Assembly (NCBI GenBank): GCA_938083015.1
Contig: CALKCX010000003.1
Span: 83,861 to 147,860 of the forward strand
Source: an uncultured Candidatus Micrarchaeota archaeon
GTDB taxonomy: Archaea; Micrarchaeota; Micrarchaeia; Anstonellales; J096
DNA length: 64,000 bases
Direction: 5' to 3'
In this document: piece by piece, positions 1-9,499 of the stretch
Position numbering within the stretch: the stretch's first letter is position 1
Layout of the letters: the number at the start of each line of letters is the position of its first letter
Notes under the pieces: generated by a model
Told to the model about the DNA's origin: nothing
Databases searched by the model: none
The model's input: only the letters and a program-made list of their open reading frames with translations
Program-made: the position numbers and the translations under genes

Positions 1-73
1 TACTTGGAAATCCAAGATTATTTAGAAGATCATAATCTTCGTCGTTTAAATCTTTTACAATTACATTCGCCAT
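1..73 (-). CDS. 5' end of a CDS running off the window (MANVIVKDLNDEDYDLLNNLGFPS...), function unknown
   Basis: ATG at 73-71 on the minus strand, open to position 1. TTTAAA box 96-101 is centred 25.5 nt upstream. Not in the ORF track because it is partial. Confidence 0.35.
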   Translation of the reverse strand, partial: MANVIVKDLNDEDYDLLNNLGFPS

Positions 74-95
74 AATTAACATTCATATAAATAGT

Positions 96-101
96 TTTAA
101 A
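96..101. promoter_or_regulatory. TATA-like TTTAAA box, probably bidirectional
   Basis: Centre is 25.5 nt from the minus-strand ATG at 73 and 36.5 nt from the plus-strand ATG at 135, which also has AGGTGA at 125-130. Confidence 0.5.
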
Positions 102-134
102 AATAGATATTACTTAATAAAGATAGGTGATGAT

Positions 135-404
135 ATGAGAGTAACTACTGCAAAAAACCTACCAGGTAAGAAAGTAATATCGACAGATGGGGAAGAGGTA
201 GGAAATCTTCTTGATATTGAAATTGATCCAAGAACTGGAAAATTATTATACGTTCTCATAGATCCTAATGAAAACTTTCTATATAGAAATGAAGGTAAAT
301 TAAAAATAGAAGATAATAAAATTAAGATAAGTTTTGATGCAGTACTCGCTGCAAGAGATTACGTAATTGTTGATAAAAGATATATATTGATAGGTAGTAA
401 TTAG
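135..404 (+). CDS. PRC-barrel domain protein
   Basis: 89 aa. GKKVISTDGEEVGNLLDIEIDPRTGKLLYVLID fits the PRC-barrel pattern. SD-like AGGTGA lies 4 nt upstream of the ATG. Confidence 0.7.
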   Translation: MRVTTAKNLPGKKVISTDGEEVGNLLDIEIDPRTGKLLYVLIDPNENFLYRNEGKLKIEDNKIKISFDAVLAARDYVIVDKRYILIGSN

Positions 405-405
405 T

Positions 406-993
406 TTGAAAATACTAGGTATTGATGAGGCCGGTCGAGGTGCATTGATCGGCCCTCTTGTGATAGGTTTTGTTATTCTTGACAAACCTTTATCTTTCAA
501 AGTCTACGATTCTAAACAACTTACTCCTAAACAGAGATTAGTATTGATGGATAAAATAGAAAAAGAAGCTATTAAAGTTGATCATATTAAGATAGAACCG
601 TGGGAAATAGATAAGGCAAATATTAATAATCTTGAATATGATAAAATAAAGAAGTATCTAGAAGGAATAGAAGTAGATGCTGTCTATATAGATGCTTTCA
701 TGGATCCTGCTAAACTTAAAAAATTACATAGATATGTTATTGCTGATTATAAAGCTGATATGAAATATCCTGTAGTAAGTGCTGCTAGTATAGTAGCTAA
801 GGTAAATCGAGATAGATATATAGAAGAATTGAAATCTCAATATGGGGATTTTGGAAGTGGTTATCCTTCTGATCCTAATACTATTAAATTTATTTCAGAT
901 AAAGATAATGTGAAAAAAATATTGAAATATATAAGAAAAAAGTGGAGTACTTATAAAAATTTAAGATTTTTAAACTCTAATGATATATATTAA
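406..993 (+). CDS. rnhB: Ribonuclease HII
   Basis: 195 aa with a TTG start 2 nt after the previous stop. N-terminal ILGIDEAGRGALIGPLVIG is the RNase HII catalytic motif. Confidence 0.9.
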   Translation: MKILGIDEAGRGALIGPLVIGFVILDKPLSFKVYDSKQLTPKQRLVLMDKIEKEAIKVDHIKIEPWEIDKANINNLEYDKIKKYLEGIEVDAVYIDAFMDPAKLKKLHRYVIADYKADMKYPVVSAASIVAKVNRDRYIEELKSQYGDFGSGYPSDPNTIKFISDKDNVKKILKYIRKKWSTYKNLRFLNSNDIY

Positions 994-2137
994 TATGAAG
1001 AAACGTGGTTATGAGCTTTTAGAAACATATCCTAAATATTTAGAACTACAAAGAGATAGATTAAACAAAACCTGGCAAGATCTAATGCGAGAAGGGAAGA
1101 TAGATGTTGTTAATTTAAGAGTTTCATCTCTTTCTAGATTAGTAGAAGAAGCTGTAGGAGAAGCATTAGATATTTATGATAAATCTCCAAATAAACCGCC
1201 TATTCGTTATCGTCTATTGCATTGGAAAAGAATGAGAGAAAGCGGAAATATTGACCGCTTAGAAGATAAAAAGGGGGCCATATTATTCTATTATTCTAAA
1301 CCAATAGCACCTCATGTTACACTTAATGGATTAGAAGATTATGAAAACGCAAATGGAAATCTCGTTAGTATAAGTTCTTTAGCAGATACTTTATTATACT
1401 TTAAATTCGCTTTATTTTCTCTATTCTCAGGAAAACCACTAATAATAGCTGATGAAAGCAGATATGTTTTTAGTCCTTGGAATCAAAAGAGCAGAAGATA
1501 CCCTCTACCTTATCTTGAGATATCGGATAGCGGTGTAATAGATTTATTGGGTAAATACAATGTACCTGTTAAGCAAAGAATGGTCCCAGAGGTACGTTAT
1601 TGTGAAGAAACTAGTATGATTTGGTTAAAATTAGATGATGTCGATCTTAATAAAATATACGGTATGGTCCAAAGTAGAACTGTTGAGATATTAGACGGAG
1701 AAAAGGATGAAAGATATGATAGATTATTACTTAGAGTTGAGCGTTTTATAGATCAACATCATAGTGATTTAAGAACTGTTGTTACGTCTTATCTTCTAGC
1801 TTCTCAAGAGCTATTTTTAGGTAGATATAGAACAATACCTACTGATTTATTACATATAACTATTACAGGTAAAAAAGATGGAAAATATGAATTAAGAACA
1901 CCTGGTAATATCAATCCTAATTATGGAGTAACGTTTATTAATAAAGATGAATTAATAGTTGTACCAATGCATTCTCTTTTAGAATATGTTAAAAATAGTC
2001 AAGAAAGGATAACATTGGTAATAATAAGATCAGAAGGTCAAAGCAATGTTATAATAACATATTATTTCACTACTCCTAAAGCTAGTGAAGAAGCTTATAG
2101 AAATGAATCTATAAAATATATTAAAAGCGTATTATAG
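980..2137 (+). CDS. Hypothetical protein (385 aa)
   Basis: Long ORF overlapping rnhB by 14 nt (alternative ATG at 995). No family recognised by eye. Confidence 0.6.
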   Translation: MIYINMKKRGYELLETYPKYLELQRDRLNKTWQDLMREGKIDVVNLRVSSLSRLVEEAVGEALDIYDKSPNKPPIRYRLLHWKRMRESGNIDRLEDKKGAILFYYSKPIAPHVTLNGLEDYENANGNLVSISSLADTLLYFKFALFSLFSGKPLIIADESRYVFSPWNQKSRRYPLPYLEISDSGVIDLLGKYNVPVKQRMVPEVRYCEETSMIWLKLDDVDLNKIYGMVQSRTVEILDGEKDERYDRLLLRVERFIDQHHSDLRTVVTSYLLASQELFLGRYRTIPTDLLHITITGKKDGKYELRTPGNINPNYGVTFINKDELIVVPMHSLLEYVKNSQERITLVIIRSEGQSNVIITYYFTTPKASEEAYRNESIKYIKSVL

Positions 2138-3040
2138 ATAATAAACTGGTTCACCATTTAATTTTACTCTATAATAAATTCTCTTGTAATACAATTCATC
2201 TATTAAATAAGAATCTTTTAGTATTCTAATATTGAATATAGAATGGGCAGCTGGTATGTTAAATGCAGATGGGTATATGTAAACAACTCCTTGTTTTTTA
2301 CTTACAGTACCCCTTACCCAACCATATTTATCTATAATTCTATTCCAATAGTTTACCTTCTCTCTAGCTTTTAGAAATGCCATATAATTAATATAAACTC
2401 TATCGACTCTTTCTAAAGTAGTTTCTGCTTTGTAATACTTTAAAGCGTGTTTAATATTTCTAAAGCTTATTGATTCTCTAAGTACTTTATATACTTCCCC
2501 TTCTTTATCTACTGTAATATCGTCTTTTATATTATCAAACGTCTCTTGAAAATCTGAGATTTGATCGTTTAATTCTTTCATAGAGATAAATTCTAGATTT
2601 GAAAATAAACCTAGATTTTCTCGCATATCTTCTATTAAATCCATTGTACGTTTGTAAGTAGAATACGATAGATTTAGAACGTGTTTATCAAAAAATTCAT
2701 TCTCTGCGATTATAACAAATTTATTACCGTTTTTAGCAGATCTAGATAGAGATTCAAGGAATAACAACATTGATAAATCCGGTATATAAGATTCGGCTTT
2801 AAGATAATTCTTTATCTTTGCAAGATAAAAGAAAAATGCTATTTTCTTATTAGCTATATTCGTAGGATATTCTATTTTTATCTCTCTAATAAGATTTTCC
2901 AACATCTCTTTTAAGTCTAAGATTGAAATGTTTATATTTTTCAATGCCCTATATCTTTTGATTATATTGTTTTTCTGTTGAAAAGAAAGTTGGGCAATTG
3001 GTGTATTTATAGGGTAATATGGTGTAATTTGTCTATCCAT
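2132..3040 (-). CDS. Hypothetical protein (302 aa)
   Basis: Long ORF convergent with the previous gene, with a 6-nt 3' overlap. TTTAAA 3062-3067 is centred 24.5 nt upstream of its ATG. Confidence 0.6.
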   Translation of the reverse strand: MDRQITPYYPINTPIAQLSFQQKNNIIKRYRALKNINISILDLKEMLENLIREIKIEYPTNIANKKIAFFFYLAKIKNYLKAESYIPDLSMLLFLESLSRSAKNGNKFVIIAENEFFDKHVLNLSYSTYKRTMDLIEDMRENLGLFSNLEFISMKELNDQISDFQETFDNIKDDITVDKEGEVYKVLRESISFRNIKHALKYYKAETTLERVDRVYINYMAFLKAREKVNYWNRIIDKYGWVRGTVSKKQGVVYIYPSAFNIPAAHSIFNIRILKDSYLIDELYYKRIYYRVKLNGEPVYYL

Positions 3041-3061
3041 AACATTAATAGATTAAAACAG

Positions 3062-3067
3062 TTTAAA
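3062..3067. promoter_or_regulatory. Shared TATA-like TTTAAA box for a divergent gene pair
   Basis: Centre is 24.5 nt from the ATG at 3040 (-) and 28.5 nt from the ATG at 3093 (+). Confidence 0.5.
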
Positions 3068-3092
3068 TAACTATGCTGTAATAAATAAATCG

Positions 3093-3608
3093 ATGAAAGA
3101 CATAGAAGATTATATAGAGATGTTAAAGCTATCTCCAAGATATGTATCTATTAAAAGTCTAGAATTATTACCTGATGGTATATATAGATGCTATTGTTCT
3201 GCACATGTAGAAAAAATATACGATAATATTGTGTTTAGTAATAATTTTAAAATAAGATTAGAAAATGTAAACATTCCAATATTTGAAGACGATATTTTAG
3301 TGTTTAGAAATTTTAAGAAAATTGGAAAAGAGCTAATTGTAAACGGAGAAACATTTGTAGATAGAAGTTCTAAAAGGCGTGTAAAAATAGAAAATGGTAC
3401 AATACTTATATTAAAAGGTTTATTGACTAAGGATGGAAATAATATGGTGTTAACAACGCCTAAACGTAAATTACCTTTAATCATAAGTCCAGAATGGCAA
3501 GATATACTTAATAAAAACCTAAGGCGATATATCGTATTGAGAAATGTAACATATCGTGAAGGTAGATTGATACTAAACCAAAGTTCAGAGGTGTATTTGG
3601 AAAGATGA
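3093..3608 (+). CDS. Hypothetical protein (171 aa), first gene of the hmgA operon
   Basis: ORF with a promoter box upstream. Its stop overlaps the hmgA start (ATGA at 3605-3608). Confidence 0.55.
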   Translation: MKDIEDYIEMLKLSPRYVSIKSLELLPDGIYRCYCSAHVEKIYDNIVFSNNFKIRLENVNIPIFEDDILVFRNFKKIGKELIVNGETFVDRSSKRRVKIENGTILILKGLLTKDGNNMVLTTPKRKLPLIISPEWQDILNKNLRRYIVLRNVTYREGRLILNQSSEVYLER

Positions 3609-4846
3609 AGAAGTTTAGAGATATGAATTTAGAAGAAAGAAGAAGGTATCTAGAAGAGATATCTGGTAAAAATTTCAATTCTTTAGAAACAGATTTAGAT
3701 ACGTTAAACAGATTAGTCGAGAATGTTATCGGTAGGATTACATTACCGGTAGGGGTAGTATTTGGCAAAATCAATGGTGTTGATAGAATAATCTTTTTAG
3801 CTATTGAAGAACCGTCTGTAATAGCTGCTGCAAACAAGGCATTCAAGCTATCTGATTGGGTGATAGCATCTTATTCTGGATCGATAATGATAGGAACAAT
3901 CTATTTAAAAACTGATAATTCAATTGCTCTTATACAAGAACTTGAAAAAATAAAAGATCAAATAGATTTAATTGCTAAGACGAAATTACAAAGATTGGAA
4001 AAATATAAAGGCGGATATATTCAAATGAACATATCGAGATTTGATAATATAAGAGGAGAGTTTGTAAAATTAGAATTTCTAATAAACGTAGGAGATGCAA
4101 TGGGGGCCAATATAGTAAATAGTTTTCTTGAAGATATATCTATTGATATAGAAAAATTGATTGGACAGAGAGCTATATTAAGAATATTATCGAATTTTAG
4201 TATACATAGAAAAGTATATATAAAAGCTAGATGGGGGGAAAAATTAAAAGAAGAAATACAATCAAAAGGTTTAGATTATAAAGAACAAATCAACAGATTT
4301 TTAGATGTTATATCTATAGCACATTCTGATATATATAGGAAGACTACCTATAACAAAGGGACCATGAATGGTATATCTGCTGCTGCACTTGCATATGGTC
4401 AAGATTGGAGAGCAATTGAAGCTGGAATACATTCTTATACGAATTATCTACAAATTCCTTTAGTTAACTATTGGGAACAGGATGGAGCAATATATGGTAG
4501 TTTGGAAGCACCTATAGCTGTTGGTAGTGTAGGCGGTAGTGTAAAAAGTCTAAATCATGCTAAAACATTGATGGAAATATCGAATATAAAGGATTCTGGC
4601 GATTTAGCTATGTTAATAGGTGCTGTTGGGTTAGCTAATAACTTTGGGGCAAATCTACATCTAACAATAGAAGGAATACAGAAAGGTCATATGAAGTTAC
4701 ATGCTAGAAATATAGCTATTAGTATAGGAGCAGTAGGTGATGAAATAGATAAGTTGGTTGATATTATGATAAAAGATGGTAAATATTCTTATGAATATGC
4801 TCAAAAGATGTTAGAGATGATTAGACATGATAATTCTAATAGCTAG
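3605..4846 (+). CDS. hmgA: HMG-CoA reductase, class II-like
   Basis: 413 aa. Motifs ENVIGRITLPVGV, AIEEPSVIAAANKA, DAMGANIVNS and AVGSVGG. The EEPSV-AA form is typical of class II enzymes. Confidence 0.9.
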   Translation: MKKFRDMNLEERRRYLEEISGKNFNSLETDLDTLNRLVENVIGRITLPVGVVFGKINGVDRIIFLAIEEPSVIAAANKAFKLSDWVIASYSGSIMIGTIYLKTDNSIALIQELEKIKDQIDLIAKTKLQRLEKYKGGYIQMNISRFDNIRGEFVKLEFLINVGDAMGANIVNSFLEDISIDIEKLIGQRAILRILSNFSIHRKVYIKARWGEKLKEEIQSKGLDYKEQINRFLDVISIAHSDIYRKTTYNKGTMNGISAAALAYGQDWRAIEAGIHSYTNYLQIPLVNYWEQDGAIYGSLEAPIAVGSVGGSVKSLNHAKTLMEISNIKDSGDLAMLIGAVGLANNFGANLHLTIEGIQKGHMKLHARNIAISIGAVGDEIDKLVDIMIKDGKYSYEYAQKMLEMIRHDNSNS

Positions 4847-5792
4847 TGTATTGGCATTTACAATAACTTATATTTTTCTTAAATGGAGTATTCCAAAACT
4901 TAAAAATGAAGGAATTATTGGTAAAGATGTAAATAAACCTAATAGACCAGAAGTAGCTGAGATGGGGGGCCTTGGGGTATTATTAGGTGTTGTATTAGCA
5001 TTATCTTTGATAACAGCATTAGATAGTAAATTTGATGTTAGAATTATCGTATTTATATATTCTATATTACTAACTGGTCTAATAGGTATAATTGATGATA
5101 TATTATCATTACCAAAATGGGCCAAGTTTTTATTACCAATAATAGGATCTATTCCTTTAATAATATACGGTTCTTTAGTAGATACTAAAATCGGAATACC
5201 TTTTATAGGAATGGTAGATTTTGGTATATTTTACGTAATATTAATCTTGCCCATAATGTATACTGGAGCTGCAAATCTTACTAATATATTGGCAGGTTTC
5301 AATGGTTTAGAGTATAGTTTAGCTTTGATAAATTATTTATTTTTATTCATTATGGGAATAATTTATGGAAAAGATCTTATAATTTTATTATCAAGTACTA
5401 TGTTTGCATCTTCATTAGCATTTTTATTATTCAATCGCTATCCTTCTAAAGTATTTCCAGGAGACACTGGAACATTGATAATAGGTGGTTCTATTGTTAG
5501 TATGCTAGTTTTAGATAACTTTGAATCTCTAGCAATACCAATTTTTATTCTATATGGTCTAGATGGAATTATTAAAATATTAAACGGTCTTCCATCTACA
5601 GGATGGTGGGGAGAATATAAAGATGGAAAACTTTATGTTAATAAAAAACCAATAAGTCTTGCTCAAACTATAATGTATTTAACTAAAGGTATATCAGAAC
5701 AAAAATTAGTAGATATCTTAATAATAGCTCAACTTCTAATATTAACTAGCTGGACTGTATTGATGTTTATATTTAAAACTTCAATTGTTTAA
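4827..5792 (+). CDS. Glycosyltransferase family 4 polyprenyl-phosphate HexNAc-1-phosphate transferase (AglH/MraY/WecA-like)
   Basis: 321 aa polytopic protein with NLTNILAGFNGLE and FPGDTGTL motifs of the MraY/WecA family. Confidence 0.8.
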   Translation: MIILIASVLAFTITYIFLKWSIPKLKNEGIIGKDVNKPNRPEVAEMGGLGVLLGVVLALSLITALDSKFDVRIIVFIYSILLTGLIGIIDDILSLPKWAKFLLPIIGSIPLIIYGSLVDTKIGIPFIGMVDFGIFYVILILPIMYTGAANLTNILAGFNGLEYSLALINYLFLFIMGIIYGKDLIILLSSTMFASSLAFLLFNRYPSKVFPGDTGTLIIGGSIVSMLVLDNFESLAIPIFILYGLDGIIKILNGLPSTGWWGEYKDGKLYVNKKPISLAQTIMYLTKGISEQKLVDILIIAQLLILTSWTVLMFIFKTSIV

Positions 5793-5795
5793 AAT

Positions 5796-6575
5796 ATGGA
5801 ATTCATAAATGAATATTTCATTAAACCTATAGAGATGAGAGAAGGTTATAATATAGTTAATACTTTGGTTTACGTTGCTATTGCAATATTGGCATTGTAT
5901 TTAATATCAAGATATTTTAATAAAAAGGGAATTCCTTTTTTAGACGAACGTATGATATTTTCTGCTTTACCATATGCAGTAACAGGTGGTATGATAAGAG
6001 CTATTGTTGATCTTGTAGACAATAAAAATGTTGTTGACGGAATATATACGTTTTATACTTATTCTTACTGGAATGTTACTCCTGGTATATATATTGTAAT
6101 GAGTAGTATATTCTTATTTGTTTATTATCTTGAACATAGATATTCTTTATATAAGATTACAATGGTATTAGGATACGCGTTATTGGTATTTCATTTATTT
6201 TTAATCTTACCACATATATCTAATCTAACGGGTTTATTATCTATAATTATGGCGTATATTCCAGCAGTATTGTTATCATCAACTCCTTTACAGTTTTACG
6301 CTTATCTTGGTCAGGCATTAGATGGTGCATCTACATTTGTAGCTATAGAATTGATTGGAAATTACAGAGAAAAACATCTGGTCGCCTCTGCAATAGGCAA
6401 TATATCTTATTTACTATTCTATCTTATTAAGATACTTATCGTCTATATTATAGATAAACATCCTAATCGAATAGGATTAAAGGAAGAAGATAAAACAATG
6501 GTGTTAGGACTAGCAGCAATACTGGGCCTAGGTATAGGTACTAGAAATATGATTAGAATAATTATGGATACTTAA
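5796..6575 (+). CDS. Polytopic membrane protein (DUF63-like layout)
   Basis: 259 aa with multiple hydrophobic segments. The family assignment is from memory of the general layout only. Confidence 0.45.
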   Translation: MEFINEYFIKPIEMREGYNIVNTLVYVAIAILALYLISRYFNKKGIPFLDERMIFSALPYAVTGGMIRAIVDLVDNKNVVDGIYTFYTYSYWNVTPGIYIVMSSIFLFVYYLEHRYSLYKITMVLGYALLVFHLFLILPHISNLTGLLSIIMAYIPAVLLSSTPLQFYAYLGQALDGASTFVAIELIGNYREKHLVASAIGNISYLLFYLIKILIVYIIDKHPNRIGLKEEDKTMVLGLAAILGLGIGTRNMIRIIMDT

Positions 6576-7801
6576 TCATACAATTCTCTAATATCTTCTA
6601 TATTTTCAAATAGCATTATTAATCTCTCTAAGCTAAGGCCAAAAGCAGCTATTGGGTATACAGCACCTAGCATTTTAGATACTTGTTCTCTAAATATACC
6701 TGCTCCTCCTACTTCTATCCAATCATCTTTTGAACTAAGATAGGCCTCTATCTCTAAACTAGGCTCTGTATATGGAAAATAACTTGGTCTAAACCTAATC
6801 TTATCAAGACCTAATCTAGAATAAAATTGTTCTAAAACGCCCATTAGATGTCCAAATGTTACAGATTTATCTGCGATTATACCTTCAATCTGATGAAACT
6901 CTGCTAGATGTTTATAATCTGTGGCCTCATTTCTAAATACCTTGCCTATAGAGAAATATCTTCCTGATTTGTATTTATATAATGTTATGGCCGATAAAAC
7001 AGTTGTATGAGTTCTAAGTACTAATCTAGAAGCTTCTTCTATATTCCATTCATAATGCCAATACTTTTGATGTTCCTTAGCTATATTATCTGTATCTACG
7101 TCTATAATTACTTTCTTATCAAGATAAAACGTATCTGCTAATTCTCTAGAGGGATGATCTTGAGGTTGAAATAGTATATCGAAATTCCAGAAAGCTGCTT
7201 GTATATAATTTCCCTGCATCTCTCTAAATCCTAATTCATAAAATATTTTAGATACTTTGTTTTTCCATTTTGTAATAATATGATGTTTTGCTCTATAAGC
7301 TGGTTTTATATTTGGAAAGTCTACGAAAGGTATACTTATATTATTATTCTTAAGAGATTCTATATTTATTCTATATTCTCCTTCAGTCCAATTTTGAATT
7401 ACCTCAATACCTTTTGGTGTTATCTTAAAACTATAATATTTGTTTTCTATTTCTTTTACATATCCATGTTCAATAAGGTATTTTGATAAGTCAACATCTT
7501 TTTTTACAAACACCCCATTTTTTATCATTCCTAAAGCTTTTAACACACCTAACATATATTGAGGTATCTTACTTAACTCTGTTCCGTCTTCTAATTTAGT
7601 AAATTCTTCTAATATTTTTTCACCTTTACTATTCAACACTTTAGTTTTTACCACATGTTCCCTCATCTCTACTAGATCTTTTTTACTTAGAAAATAACCG
7701 GTTCTTCTTACAAAGTCTAAATTGCTATCTATCTCTTCATCTTTATACCATTTACCATCTTGTATGGATTTAAGAAATTTATATTCGGCCTTGTTTATCA
7801 T
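6572..7801 (-). CDS. pheS: Phenylalanyl-tRNA synthetase alpha subunit
   Basis: 409 aa. Class II aaRS motifs FRNEATDYKHLAEFHQIEG, GAGIFREQV and FGLSLERL. Confidence 0.9.
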   Translation of the reverse strand: MINKAEYKFLKSIQDGKWYKDEEIDSNLDFVRRTGYFLSKKDLVEMREHVVKTKVLNSKGEKILEEFTKLEDGTELSKIPQYMLGVLKALGMIKNGVFVKKDVDLSKYLIEHGYVKEIENKYYSFKITPKGIEVIQNWTEGEYRINIESLKNNNISIPFVDFPNIKPAYRAKHHIITKWKNKVSKIFYELGFREMQGNYIQAAFWNFDILFQPQDHPSRELADTFYLDKKVIIDVDTDNIAKEHQKYWHYEWNIEEASRLVLRTHTTVLSAITLYKYKSGRYFSIGKVFRNEATDYKHLAEFHQIEGIIADKSVTFGHLMGVLEQFYSRLGLDKIRFRPSYFPYTEPSLEIEAYLSSKDDWIEVGGAGIFREQVSKMLGAVYPIAAFGLSLERLIMLFENIEDIRELYD

Positions 7802-8525
7802 AATATAACACCTTTTTGGTAAATATAAAGAAGATTATAAATAAAGATAAGTAAATCCATACTTCTGGTATTGTTAAGAATTTAGATATGTTATTGTATA
7901 TATTCTTTGAACCTTGTATTATCAATACATCATAAGATACTCTTTTTTTCAATAAAATAATTGGATCGTTTAAAGCAGTATTAGTCCATACGTAAGCATC
8001 TCCTTCTATATTTGGAGTAGGGGATATTTTAATAACTTGATAACTAGGATGAAATCTAAATAATAATCGCTCATTTCCAGTTAATAATATATTATTATTG
8101 CTTGTTCTTGTAAATGCTAGATAATTTGGGTCCATTGCTATTATTTCTAATCTAGATGTTCTGTTTAATATTTGAAACAATCCTTTATTACCAGGCCTTA
8201 TAGTATATTGAATTGTTAAATAAGCAAACCCTGAATTGTAATTTCTAAGAGATATCTGAGAGGCCTCGATGTTTATATTCTCTCTAACTAATCCTTCTCC
8301 AGAGATATGATAACCAAACTTTGTATCATTTATAAATTCTTTCCAATTAGATAATACTCCTGATTTTGATATGTTGATATAACCATCTATATCGTATACT
8401 AATAAAGTATAGAATTCTTTGACTGTTACTGTCATATCGTTGTCTAAGTAAATTTCAACCTTTATGTCTTTAAGTTCTGCAGCTGGTTGTGATTGTGCTA
8501 TTACAATAAGCAAAATTAATATCAT
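7779..8525 (-). CDS. Secreted/membrane-anchored protein, unknown function
   Basis: 248 aa with an N-terminal signal-like segment and a C-terminal TM (VWIYLSLFIIFFIF). Promoter box is 26.5 nt upstream. Overlaps pheS by 23 nt. Confidence 0.55.
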   Translation of the reverse strand: MILILLIVIAQSQPAAELKDIKVEIYLDNDMTVTVKEFYTLLVYDIDGYINISKSGVLSNWKEFINDTKFGYHISGEGLVRENINIEASQISLRNYNSGFAYLTIQYTIRPGNKGLFQILNRTSRLEIIAMDPNYLAFTRTSNNNILLTGNERLLFRFHPSYQVIKISPTPNIEGDAYVWTNTALNDPIILLKKRVSYDVLIIQGSKNIYNNISKFLTIPEVWIYLSLFIIFFIFTKKVLYYDKQGRI

Positions 8526-8547
8526 ATTAAGTATTATTAGATAATGC

Positions 8548-8555
8548 TTTTAAAA
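8548..8555. promoter_or_regulatory. Shared palindromic TATA box TTTTAAAA for a divergent pair
   Basis: Centre is 26.5 nt from the ATG at 8525 (-) and 25.5 nt from the ATG at 8577 (+), within a 51-bp intergenic region. Confidence 0.6.
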
Positions 8556-8576
8556 GCATAGAATAATAATAAACAT

Positions 8577-8996
8577 ATGGATAAGATTAGAAAGGAGAAA
8601 GAGTTGATAATAATAGCTGAAAATAAAACAGGGGCATTACACGAGATATCTTCAAGACTATCTAAGGCCGGAATTAACATAGATTCTATATTCGCTTATG
8701 TAAGTAATTGGGAAGCAATATTTAGATTAGTTACTACAGATTATGAAAGTTCAAGAAAGGAATTGATAAAAATTCCATATGTTAAAAACATAGACATAGA
8801 TGAAGTAGCAGTAGTAAGATTAGAGGATAAACCTGGAAGTCTAGCTAATCTTATGGAAAAATTAAGAAGATTAAACGTTGATATTGAATTAACATACATA
8901 ATTTACAGAGATGGAAAGTATACCGATGTTGCTCTTAAACCTTCTGAGATAAGTGTAGATGCTTTAATAAATTTACTTAAAACTAACAGAATATGA
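8577..8996 (+). CDS. Tandem ACT-domain protein
   Basis: 139 aa. Two ACT-like repeats: IIIAENKTGALHEISSRLSKAGINI and VRLEDKPGSLANLMEKLRRLNVDI. Confidence 0.7.
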   Translation: MDKIRKEKELIIIAENKTGALHEISSRLSKAGINIDSIFAYVSNWEAIFRLVTTDYESSRKELIKIPYVKNIDIDEVAVVRLEDKPGSLANLMEKLRRLNVDIELTYIIYRDGKYTDVALKPSEISVDALINLLKTNRI

Positions 8997-9499
8997 ACTT
9001 AAATGAATTTAAAAATAAAATATTGGGAATGTTACAAAAAGGAGGAGCTTCTAAAAAAGAGCTGTCGATAATAAACAACATCTTATCCCAGAGAATAAGA
9101 CAGATAGAAATATCGAGTATAGCTTTGATATCTGCTTTTATATTATCGTCTAAAGATCCTCAGACAAAGCTAATAGATAGGGCAAAATTAGATGCTAATT
9201 TAGAAAAAGTAGAAAAAATATTTACAAAAGCAATAAATAATATTGAAAATAATTTACCTCCGTTTAGTCAGGATGAACGTAAAGCTCTTATAGAAGTGTT
9301 TAATTCAATAGGATTAGATGGAGATAAGACTGCAGATAGATTTATTACGAATTTTGATCAATTATTAGGTGAAAAGATACTGTCAAATACTTCTGAACTT
9401 AGAATGAGGTTAAACTCTACAAAGAAGATACAACAACCTGTTCAGAATATAAACCAGAATACTATGGAAAAGAAAGAGGAAAATGTCCTTAAAAGGTAG
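8993..9499 (+). CDS. Hypothetical protein (168 aa)
   Basis: ORF coupled by an ATGA overlap to the ACT gene. No family recognised. Confidence 0.5.
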   Translation: MNLNEFKNKILGMLQKGGASKKELSIINNILSQRIRQIEISSIALISAFILSSKDPQTKLIDRAKLDANLEKVEKIFTKAINNIENNLPPFSQDERKALIEVFNSIGLDGDKTADRFITNFDQLLGEKILSNTSELRMRLNSTKKIQQPVQNINQNTMEKKEENVLKR

